Below are positions 26,709 through 32,657 of a stretch of DNA of 32,657 nucleotides, piece after piece (position 1 is the first letter of the stretch; every line of letters starts with the position of its first letter). The position numbers were made by a program, and so were the translations under genes. The notes under the pieces are model-generated. The model did no database searches. It was not told the origin of the DNA and worked only from the letters and a program-made list of their open reading frames with translations. The stretch comes from Actinomycetota bacterium (GTDB taxonomy: Bacteria > Actinomycetota > Acidimicrobiia > IMCC26256 > PALSA-555). Location of the stretch: positions 3,790-36,446 of the forward strand of contig DAIPLE010000001.1 in the NCBI GenBank assembly GCA_036769425.1. Direction: 5' to 3'.

Positions 26709-26980
26709 CGGGCGCGCTCCAGGACCTCGATGACGCGCCAGCGCTTGAGGCGCGACAGCGGACGGGTCTCGGCGATGCGGACCCGGTCCCCTTCGTGGGC
26801 GTCGTTGGCTTCGTCGTGGGCGTAGAGCCGGCGGGTGCGCTGCAGTGTCTTGCCGTAGCGGCGGTGGCGCACACGGTCGGTGACGGCGACGACGACCGTC
26901 TTGTCCATCTTCGAGGACAGCACGAGCCCTTCACGGGTCTTTCGCGGGTTGGGACGCGTGGAAGCGTCGGGCTCGCTCAT
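26705..26980 (-). CDS. rpsQ: 30S ribosomal protein S17
   Basis: Track ORF 26705..27265 trimmed to ATG 26980 (ATGA overlap with the rpmC stop). It gives [44 protein letters not shown]... (91 aa). Confidence 0.93.
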   Translation of the reverse strand: MSEPDASTRPNPRKTREGLVLSSKMDKTVVVAVTDRVRHRRYGKTLQRTRRLYAHDEANDAHEGDRVRIAETRPLSRLKRWRVIEVLERAR

Positions 26981-27198
26981 GCGTGCTCCTTCAGAGCCTC
27001 GGCGGCTGCGATCTCGCGCTGGCGGAGCAGGGTCTCGCAGCGCGCAATGTCTTTCTTCACATGGTTCAACCGGGTGGAGTTCTCGAGCTGACCGGTGGCG
27101 TTTTGGAACCGCAGGTTGAACAGCTCCTCGCGGAACTCGCGGACGCGGTTGGCGAGCTCGATGTCGTTGAGCTCTCGGAGCTCGGCGGCCTTCATCAC
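26977..27198 (-). CDS. rpmC: 50S ribosomal protein L29
   Basis: Starts (M)[31 protein letters not shown]. Start is GTG 27198 or, more conventionally, ATG 27195 (TGATG overlap with the rplP stop). Confidence 0.93.
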   Translation of the reverse strand: MMKAAELRELNDIELANRVREFREELFNLRFQNATGQLENSTRLNHVKKDIARCETLLRQREIAAAEALKEHA

Positions 27199-27611
27199 GC
27201 CTCCTCTTGACGGACGACGAAGCGTGTCTTGATCGGAAGCTTGTGCATCGCGAGGCGCATGGCATCGCGGGCGGTGCTCTCAGGGACTCCGGCGAGCTCG
27301 AACATGACTCGTCCGGGCTTCACGACCGCCACCCAGTGCTCGGGATTGCCCTTCCCGGAGCCCATCCTCGTCTCGGCGGGCTTCTGGGTGACCGGCTTGT
27401 CGGGGAAGATGTTGATCCAGACCTTCCCGCCGCGCTTGATGTAGCGGGTCATGGCGATCCGGGCAGCTTCGATCTGGCGGTTGGTGATCCACCCGGCTTC
27501 GAGCGCCTGGATGCCGTAGTCACCGAAATGCACGCGCGTGCCACCCTTCGCGGTGCCGGTTCGGCGGCCGCGCTGCACCTTGCGGTGGCGGATCTTGCGT
27601 GGCATCAACAT
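27195..27611 (-). CDS. rplP: 50S ribosomal protein L16
   Basis: Track ORF 27195..27836 trimmed to ATG 27611, giving [25 protein letters not shown]...[37 protein letters not shown] (138 aa). Confidence 0.95.
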   Translation of the reverse strand: MLMPRKIRHRKVQRGRRTGTAKGGTRVHFGDYGIQALEAGWITNRQIEAARIAMTRYIKRGGKVWINIFPDKPVTQKPAETRMGSGKGNPEHWVAVVKPGRVMFELAGVPESTARDAMRLAMHKLPIKTRFVVRQEEA

Positions 27612-27633
27612 GGTCAGGCCTTGTCCGGGTCGC

Positions 27634-28569
27634 TCATTCGTCGTCGGAGTGGAACTTGGGTGCTTCGTGGTGCTGGCCCTGGCGGGTCCGACGCTCGATC
27701 TCTTCTTCCTCGGCGAGCAGCCGCTCGAGTTCGGGGTCCGCTTCCTTGACGAGCGGTGTCGCCTCCTCGGCGACGACCTCGGCGCCCGCCTCGACGGGTA
27801 CCTCGACGGTCTCCTCGCGGCGACGGCGACCGCCACCGGCGCTCACCACGCGTCGACGGGGCGTGTTCTCGCCACCGGCGGTCTCGCCGACCGCCATGGC
27901 GGCTTCCCGGGTGATCTTGTCCTCGGTGGCCGACTTGTACGGAAGGATCTCGCCCTTGTAGATCCAGACCTTGACGCCGATGCGCCCGAAGGTGGTTCGG
28001 GCTTCGGCGCCGCCGTAGTCGATGTCGGCTCGCAGCGTGTGGAGGGGCACCCGCCCTTCTCGGTACCACTCCTTGCGGGACATCTCGGCGCCGCCCAGGC
28101 GGCCGCCGCATTGCACGCGAATGCCCTGGGCGCCGGCCTTCATCGCGGTCTGGACGGCGCGTTTCATCGCCCGGCGGAACGAGACTCGACCGGCGAGCTG
28201 GTCGGCGACGCCCTGGGCGATCAGGGTCGCGTCGAGCTCGGGCTGCTTGATCTCTTGGATGTTGAACTGGATCTTGGGGTTGCCGGTGATCTTGTAGAGG
28301 CCTTGGCGTAGGCGGTCGGCTTCGGCGCCGCGGCGGCCGATGACGATTCCCGGTCGGGCGGTATAGACGTCCACCCGCAGCCGGTCTCGGGTGCGTTCGA
28401 TCTCGACCCGGCTCACGGCCGCATGCGGGAGCTGGCGGCGGAGGTAGTCGCGGATCTGCCAGTCCTCAAGGAGGCTGTCGGTGTACTCCTTGCCGTCGGC
28501 GAACCACCGCGACTTCCAGTCGGTGGTGATGCCGAGCCGAAACCCGTACGGGTTGACCTTTTGGCCCAT
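27634..28569 (-). CDS. rpsC: 30S ribosomal protein S3 (with ~95 aa acidic C-terminal extension)
   Basis: Track ORF 27634..28965 trimmed to ATG 28569 (ATGA overlap with the rplV stop). It gives [24 protein letters not shown]... (311 aa) with an E/A/V-rich tail. Confidence 0.94.
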   Translation of the reverse strand: MGQKVNPYGFRLGITTDWKSRWFADGKEYTDSLLEDWQIRDYLRRQLPHAAVSRVEIERTRDRLRVDVYTARPGIVIGRRGAEADRLRQGLYKITGNPKIQFNIQEIKQPELDATLIAQGVADQLAGRVSFRRAMKRAVQTAMKAGAQGIRVQCGGRLGGAEMSRKEWYREGRVPLHTLRADIDYGGAEARTTFGRIGVKVWIYKGEILPYKSATEDKITREAAMAVGETAGGENTPRRRVVSAGGGRRRREETVEVPVEAGAEVVAEEATPLVKEADPELERLLAEEEEIERRTRQGQHHEAPKFHSDDE

Positions 28570-29234
28570 CAGTCCTCGTCCTTCGGTCGGCCCGGTCGCT
28601 TCGCCGGTGCTTTGCGGGGCGTCGTCTTCTTGGCGGAGGCGCCGGTCGCCTTCTTCGTCGTGGCCTTCTTCGTCGTCGCCTTCTTCGTCGCGGCCTTCTT
28701 GGTGGTCTTGGCCGTGGCGGGTTCCGGGGCCGCGTCGCCGACGGGGGTCTCCTCGTCGGCGTCGGGGGGGACCTCGAGGTCGGGTTCGGCCACCGGGAGC
28801 TCGGCCGGGCGTCGGCGAGCGGCGCGACGGCGCCCGCGGCCGGTCTGCGCATCGGTACCGCGCCGGAGCTGCATCTCGTCGTCGGCGAATCGGGCGAGCA
28901 CGATGGTCACGTGACTGGTCCGCTTGCGGACAGGCACTCCCCGCCCGCGCGCTCGGGGGCGCCACCGCTTGAGGGTGGGGCCCTCATCGGCGTGCGCGCG
29001 GGTAACGAACAGCTCGTCTTCAGGGATGTGGTTGTTGTGTTCGGCGTTGGCGATGGCCGAATCGAGCAGCTTGCCGACCTCGTGGGCCGCGGACCGCTCG
29101 CAGAACCGGAGGGTGTCACGCGCGGTCTCGACGTCTTGCCCGCGGATCAGCTCGAGGACCATACGGACCTTGGGGGGAGAGATCCGCGCATGGCGGAGCC
29201 GTGCGGTCGTCTCTCGGGTCGCGGTGTCGGGCAT
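28569..29234 (-). CDS. rplV: 50S ribosomal protein L22 (with ~95 aa C-terminal extension ending in a KKAT-repeat tail)
   Basis: 221 aa. The core is [22 protein letters not shown]...[24 protein letters not shown]; the tail is ...[48 protein letters not shown]. Confidence 0.94.
   Translation of the reverse strand: MPDTATRETTARLRHARISPPKVRMVLELIRGQDVETARDTLRFCERSAAHEVGKLLDSAIANAEHNNHIPEDELFVTRAHADEGPTLKRWRPRARGRGVPVRKRTSHVTIVLARFADDEMQLRRGTDAQTGRGRRRAARRRPAELPVAEPDLEVPPDADEETPVGDAAPEPATAKTTKKAATKKATTKKATTKKATGASAKKTTPRKAPAKRPGRPKDED
28648..28707 (-). repeat. four tandem 15-nt coding repeats (gccttcttcgtcgtN on the plus strand) encoding (T/A)TKKA units in the uL22 tail
   Basis: Read directly: 28648-28662 gccttcttcgtcgtg, 28663-28677 gccttcttcgtcgtc, 28678-28692 gccttcttcgtcgcg, 28693-28707 gccttcttggtggtc. 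Confidence 0.9.
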
Positions 29235-29240
29235 TTCGAG

Positions 29241-29522
29241 CTACCGACCCCTCACCCCTCGCTCCTGACCGGAGTGGAACCGGAAGGTGCGGGTAGGTGC
29301 GAACTCGCCGAGCTTGTGCCCGACCATCGATTCGCTGATGTAGACGGGGACGTGCTTATGCCCGTCGTGGACCGCGATGGTGTGACCGACCATCTCGGGG
29401 GTGACCGTTGATCGCCGGGACCAGGTCTTGATGACCTTGCGGTCGTTGGCAGCGTTCATCGCGTCCACCTTCTTGGCGAGGTGGTCATCGACGAACGGTC
29501 CTTTTTTGAGGCTGCGCGGCAC
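29241..29522 (-). CDS. rpsS: 30S ribosomal protein S19
   Basis: 93 aa starting [19 protein letters not shown]...[50 protein letters not shown]. Confidence 0.97.
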   Translation of the reverse strand: MPRSLKKGPFVDDHLAKKVDAMNAANDRKVIKTWSRRSTVTPEMVGHTIAVHDGHKHVPVYISESMVGHKLGEFAPTRTFRFHSGQERGVRGR

Positions 29523-29540
29523 AGTTTCCCTCTCGCTCGC

Positions 29541-30377
29541 CTATCGGCGCGCGCCGCGGCTGCGGCGTCGGCGCACGATCATCTCGTCGGACTTCTTGCC
29601 CTTCTTGCGGGTGCGGCCCTCGGGCTTGCCCCACGGGGAGACCGGGTGACGGCCTCCCGAGCTCTTGCCTTCCCCACCGCCCAGGGGATGGTCGACGGGG
29701 TTCATCGCGACGCCACGGGTGTGGGGCCGCTTCCCCCGCCAACGGTTGCGGCCGGCCTTGCCGATCTTGACGAGGCTGGCTTCGGCGTTGCCGACCGCCC
29801 CGACGGTGGCGCGGCAGTCGATCGGGACGCGACGCATCTCGGTGGACGGCAGGCGCAGCGTGGCGAATTGGCCCTCTTTGGCGACGAGCTGGATGGCGGC
29901 GCCGGCACCCCGGCCGAGCTTGGCGCCCGCTCCGGGCTTCAGCTCGACGTTGTGGATCGTGGTCCCGACCGGGATGTATCGCATCGGCAAGGCGTTCCCG
30001 GGCCGGATCTCGGAGCCGTGACCGCTCTGGAGGAGATCGCCGACCGCCACTAGCGCGGGGGCGAGGATGTAGCGCTTCTCGCCGTCGAGGTAGTGGAGCA
30101 ACGCGATGCGGGCGTTGCGGTTGGGGTCGTACTCGATGGAGGCGACCTTGGCCGGGACACCCTCCTTGTCGCGGCGGAAGTCGATCGTGCGGTACTTCTG
30201 CTTGTGGCCGCCGCCGCGGTGACGCGACGTCATCCGGCCGTACGAGTTGCGGCCTCCGGTCTTGGGCTTCGAGCGGGTCAGCGACTTCTGGGGCCGATCC
30301 TGGGTGACCTCCGAGAAGTCCGAGACGGTCTGGAACCGGCGACCGGGGCTGGTGGGCTTGCGCTTGCGGATGGGCAT
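29541..30377 (-). CDS. rplB: 50S ribosomal protein L2
   Basis: Track ORF 29541..30410 trimmed to ATG 30377, giving [21 protein letters not shown]...[12 protein letters not shown]...[26 protein letters not shown] (278 aa). Confidence 0.96.
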   Translation of the reverse strand: MPIRKRKPTSPGRRFQTVSDFSEVTQDRPQKSLTRSKPKTGGRNSYGRMTSRHRGGGHKQKYRTIDFRRDKEGVPAKVASIEYDPNRNARIALLHYLDGEKRYILAPALVAVGDLLQSGHGSEIRPGNALPMRYIPVGTTIHNVELKPGAGAKLGRGAGAAIQLVAKEGQFATLRLPSTEMRRVPIDCRATVGAVGNAEASLVKIGKAGRNRWRGKRPHTRGVAMNPVDHPLGGGEGKSSGGRHPVSPWGKPEGRTRKKGKKSDEMIVRRRRSRGARR

Positions 30378-30381
30378 GGTG

Positions 30382-30675
30382 TCAGCTCCCGAAGATTTCG
30401 ATCTCGTCACCCGGCGCGAGGGAGACGATCGCCCGCTTCTGTCCGGTGCGCGTGCCCCAGGTTCCGGTGCGACGGTTCCGCTTGCGCTTCCCGGACCGGT
30501 TCAGGGTGTTCACGTTCGTCACCTTGACGTTGAAGATCGCTTCGACGGCTTGTTGGATCTCGATCTTGTTGGCGTCCCGCGCGACGACGAAGGTGTAGAC
30601 GCGCTCGTCGTACAGGGCGTAGGACTTCTCGGACACGACGGGGCGGAGGATCACGGTGCGGGGGTCGCGGCTCAT
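30382..30675 (-). CDS. rplW: 50S ribosomal protein L23
   Basis: Track ORF 30382..30846 trimmed to ATG 30675 (ATGA overlap with the rplD stop). It gives [45 protein letters not shown] (97 aa). Confidence 0.94.
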   Translation of the reverse strand: MSRDPRTVILRPVVSEKSYALYDERVYTFVVARDANKIEIQQAVEAIFNVKVTNVNTLNRSGKRKRNRRTGTWGTRTGQKRAIVSLAPGDEIEIFGS

Positions 30676-31349
30676 GCCGGCTCCCCGACCGGGACCTGAG
30701 CGCCGGCGTTCGAGTAGCGCGCCACAGCGGTGTCGAGGGTGCCGCGGCTGAAGACCAGCCAGTCGTTCACGATGACGTCGTAGGCGTTGAGCTCCTCGGG
30801 TAGGACGATCTGCACCCGGGCGCCGAGGTTGCGGAACGACTTCCACACGGCATGCTCGGAGCGGTCGAGGACGAGCAGCACTCGGGGTGGCCGCTGACCT
30901 GGGGGTCGCAGACCGAGGGTCTCGAGCACCTGGAGCGCGCGGGCGGTCTTGGGCTCGTCGATGTCCCAGCTGTCGAGGACCTTGATCCGCTTCTCGGCGG
31001 CGCGGTCAGACAGGGCCGAGCGCAGCGCGAGACGCACCATCTTCTTCGGGGTTCGCTGCGTGTAGCTCCGGGGCTTGGGGCCGTGCGCGATTCCGCCGCC
31101 CCGCCACTGCGGTGATCGGATGGAGCCTTGGCGGGCCCGCCCGGTGCCTTTTTGGCGCCACGGCTTGGCCCCGCCGCCGGAGACCTCGGCCCGGGTCTTC
31201 GTCGAGTGGCTTCCGGCGCGTCGATGCGCGAGCTGGGCGGTGACGACCTGGTGAAGGACGGCGAGGTTCGGGACGACCTCGAACAGGTCGGGGGGAACCT
31301 CGACGGTTCCCGCGGTGCCGCCCGACGCGGTGGTGACGTCGAGGTTCAT
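30672..31349 (-). CDS. rplD: 50S ribosomal protein L4
   Basis: Track ORF 30672..31586 trimmed to ATG 31349 (ATGA overlap with the rplC stop). It gives [23 protein letters not shown]...[33 protein letters not shown] (225 aa). Confidence 0.94.
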   Translation of the reverse strand: MNLDVTTASGGTAGTVEVPPDLFEVVPNLAVLHQVVTAQLAHRRAGSHSTKTRAEVSGGGAKPWRQKGTGRARQGSIRSPQWRGGGIAHGPKPRSYTQRTPKKMVRLALRSALSDRAAEKRIKVLDSWDIDEPKTARALQVLETLGLRPPGQRPPRVLLVLDRSEHAVWKSFRNLGARVQIVLPEELNAYDVIVNDWLVFSRGTLDTAVARYSNAGAQVPVGEPA

Positions 31350-32035
31350 GCGCTCTCCTCGACAGGTGCTTCCGTGGTCCGGGCCGGCAGGGAGACGGGG
31401 CCGCCCTTGACCGCGTTGCGCACGAAGACCAGACCGCCGGCCGGCCCGGGGACCGAGCCGCGGATCAGCAGGAGACCGCGTTCGGCGTCGCCTTCGACGA
31501 CTTCGAGGTTGAGGGTGGTGACGCTGCGGTTGCCGTGCTGGCCGGCCATCCGCATGCCTTTGAACACCCGGGCGGGGGTGGCGCACGCACCGATCGCTCC
31601 GGGGGCCCGATGCTTCTTGTGGGTGCCGTGGCTGGCGCCTTGACCCTTGAAGTTGTGGCGTTGCATGACGCCGGTGAAGCCCTTGCCTTTGCTGATGCCG
31701 GTCACGTCGACCCGTTCGCCGGCACCGAACACGTCGGCGGCAATGACCTGTCCGACTTCGTAGCCCGAGAGGTCATCGACCTTGAGCTCGGCGAGGTGGC
31801 GGGCCGGCTCGGCGTCGGCGACCTTGAGGTGCCCGAGCGCCGGCTTGGTGAGCCGCTCGGCTTTGATGGCACCAAAGGACAGCTGCACCGCGGCGTAGCC
31901 GTCGCGTTCGGGGGTCTTGAGCTGCACGACGCAGCACGGCCCGGCCTGGATGACGGTGACCGGGACGACCCGGTTCTCCGCGTCCCAGACCTGGGTCATG
32001 CCGAGCTTGCGCCCGAGGATCCCCTTGCCGGCCAT
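31346..32035 (-). CDS. rplC: 50S ribosomal protein L3
   Basis: The conserved N-terminus [18 protein letters not shown] starts at ATG 32035. The track ORF starts 13 codons upstream at GTG 32074, which sits in the loop of a 7 bp hairpin. Also has [21 protein letters not shown]. Confidence 0.92.
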   Translation of the reverse strand: MAGKGILGRKLGMTQVWDAENRVVPVTVIQAGPCCVVQLKTPERDGYAAVQLSFGAIKAERLTKPALGHLKVADAEPARHLAELKVDDLSGYEVGQVIAADVFGAGERVDVTGISKGKGFTGVMQRHNFKGQGASHGTHKKHRAPGAIGACATPARVFKGMRMAGQHGNRSVTTLNLEVVEGDAERGLLLIRGSVPGPAGGLVFVRNAVKGGPVSLPARTTEAPVEESA

Positions 32036-32276
32036 GGCGGTCTTCGTTCCTTCGGTTGGTGTTCGTTCGCTCACGCGAACGCTCCCCCGGCCCGGGCCTT
32101 GTGCGGCCGGCGCCGGCGGAGCGTCATTTCGGTTGTGCCACGCGGTTCCGACAGGCCTGCGCGGACGTCGGTTGGCGAACTCGGTCAGTCGTCTGGATCG
32201 GGTCCACCGGCCTGGTGGCAGCCGGTGAGCCCAGTGAGCCTACCGGAAGGGCTGGTCAGGGGGCCAACGGGGCCGT
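32036..32276 (-). promoter_or_regulatory. unusually long (~240 nt) GC-rich, helix-rich intercistronic spacer between rpsJ and rplC (candidate structured RNA / regulatory leader)
   Basis: No convincing ORF. Several self-complementary segments are seen by eye: CACCGG..CCGGTG, CCACC-AGGCC-GGTGG, CTCC(G)CCGG...CCGGGGGAG, and CGTTCGC-GTGA-GCGAACG. Confidence 0.4.
32064..32081 (-). promoter_or_regulatory. 7 bp hairpin capped by a GUGA (GNRA-type) tetraloop, 29 nt upstream of the rplC ATG
   Basis: Minus-sense sequence is CGUUCGC-GUGA-GCGAACG, read directly. The loop GUG is the alternative rplC start at 32074. Confidence 0.4.
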
Positions 32277-32603
32277 TCAGACCTGTTGGATCTTGATCTC
32301 GATGTCGACGCCAGCGGGCAGGTCGAGGCGCTGGAGCGATTCCACGGTCTTGCTGGTGGGTTCGACGATGTCGAGGAGGCGCTTGTGGATGCGCATCTCG
32401 AAGTGTTCCCGGGAGTCCTTGTCGACATGGGGGGACCGCACGACGCAGATCCGGCGGATCTCCGTCGGAAGCGGGACCGGTCCCCGGACCTTCGCCTGGG
32501 TCCGGAGCACGGTCTCGACGATCTTCTTCGTGGACTGATCGATGATCTCGTGGTCGTAGGCCTTGAGCCGGATCCGGATCTTCTGGCCTTTGGAGTCCGC
32601 CAT
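32277..32603 (-). CDS. rpsJ: 30S ribosomal protein S10
   Basis: 108 aa with [25 protein letters not shown]...[39 protein letters not shown]. Confidence 0.97.
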   Translation of the reverse strand: MADSKGQKIRIRLKAYDHEIIDQSTKKIVETVLRTQAKVRGPVPLPTEIRRICVVRSPHVDKDSREHFEMRIHKRLLDIVEPTSKTVESLQRLDLPAGVDIEIKIQQV

Positions 32604-32612
32604 TTCCGTTCC

Positions 32613-32657
32613 CTATTTGAGGATTTTGGTGACGCGGCCGGCGCCGACGGTGCGGCC
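32613..32657 (-). CDS. tuf: elongation factor Tu, extreme C-terminus (gene enters from beyond window)
   Basis: Reverse complement reads GGC CGC ACC GTC GGC GCC GGC CGC GTC ACC AAA ATC CTC AAA TAG, which is GRTVGAGRVTKILK*, the canonical EF-Tu C-terminus. The stop lies 9 nt before the rpsJ ATG. Confidence 0.85.
   Translation of the reverse strand, partial: GRTVGAGRVTKILK

Noticed and set aside
28648-28707. Tandem 15 nt repeats, considered as a possible CRISPR, minisatellite or mobile-element signature.
   Set aside because: The repeats are contiguous with no spacers, lie in frame inside rplV and encode the KKAT tail. This is a coding low-complexity repeat, not a CRISPR array or IS remnant.
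27634-28965. Very long N-terminal extensions suggested by the ORF track for S3 (443 aa), L16 (213), L24 (220), S17 (186), L4 (304), L23 (154), L13 (282), rpoA (367), MetAP (343), S8 (174), S14 (93) and the hydrolase (405).
   Set aside because: - The extensions run through the preceding gene in another frame and are Arg/Pro-rich.
- The universally conserved N-termini begin at internal ATG/GTG/TTG codons.
- Those internal codons sit exactly at ATGA/GTGA overlaps or behind SD-like GGAG/GAAGG motifs.
32071-32127. 18-codon Arg-rich mini-ORF ([18 protein letters not shown]) in the rpsJ-rplC spacer. Its TGA overlaps the alternative GTG start of rplC (GTGA).
   Set aside because: - No SD precedes its ATG.
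- Its composition matches random GC-rich sequence.
- The GTG it would couple to is probably not the real rplC start, since the conserved MAGKGILG begins at ATG 32035.
- Worth a look only if ribosome profiling shows occupancy.
32131-32150. TGGCAC motif in the rpsJ-rplC spacer (minus sense: TGGCACAACCGAAATG), considered as a sigma-54 -24/-12 promoter.
   Set aside because: The -12 element (TTGC at the correct 5 nt spacing) is absent, and sigma-54 is not expected in Actinomycetota.
1-32657. Search for defence systems, toxin-antitoxin pairs, integrases or transposases, tRNA/rRNA genes, CRISPR repeats, and compositional (low-GC) islands.
   Set aside because: None were seen. Every gene-sized interval is occupied by a recognisable housekeeping gene, and composition looks uniformly GC-rich with no AT-rich patch suggestive of horizontal acquisition.

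Overview
This very GC-rich 32.7 kb window is core housekeeping DNA. Its gene order is typical of Actinomycetota; the Thermus-like Zn-ribbon ribosomal proteins hint at a deep-branching lineage such as Acidimicrobiia, which is inference only. I call 49 genes, and 48 lie on the minus strand in a nearly gap-free array. From high to low coordinates they are: 3' end of tuf, rpsJ, rplC-rplD-rplW-rplB-rpsS-rplV-rpsC-rplP-rpmC-rpsQ (S10 block), rplN-rplX-rplE-rpsZ-rpsH-rplF-rplR-rpsE-rpmD-rplO-secY-adk-map (spc block), infA-rpmJ-rpsM-rpsK-rpsD-rpoA-rplQ-truA (alpha block), rplM-rpsI-glmM, a GlmS-like gene, acpS, nnr, a CBS-pair gene, alr, an alpha/beta hydrolase, an S58/DmpA-type peptidase, a family-4 uracil-DNA glycosylase, and tsaE-tsaB-rimI-tsaD (tsaD runs off the 5' edge). 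Many junctions are ATGA/GTGA/TGATG overlaps, consistent with translational coupling. The only plus-strand gene is a nucleotide pyrophosphatase/phosphodiesterase (alkaline-phosphatase superfamily) homologue between rplM and truA. Many ORF-track entries are over-extended at the N-terminus; I trimmed these to the conserved ribosomal-protein starts. The long antisense ORFs are high-GC shadow frames. I found no CRISPR array, mobile element, tRNA/rRNA, toxin-antitoxin pair or recognisable defence system, so this is not an accessory island. Six things deserve a second look. (1) The GlmS-like protein is about twice normal length (1147 aa), keeps all catalytic residues I checked, and carries three large unexplained insertions or extensions. 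(2) The NPP-family enzyme looks circularly permuted. (3) An unusual ~240 nt GC-rich structured spacer separates rpsJ from rplC, while tuf and rpsJ are only 9 nt apart. (4) A 9+9 bp palindrome sits in the divergent rplM/NPP control region. (5) uL22 has a lysine-rich tandem-repeat tail and uS3 an acidic tail. (6) A UDG and a peptidase are inserted into the alr-tsaE cluster. All starts and structures were judged by eye and from remembered family motifs; no folding, HMM or database search was possible.
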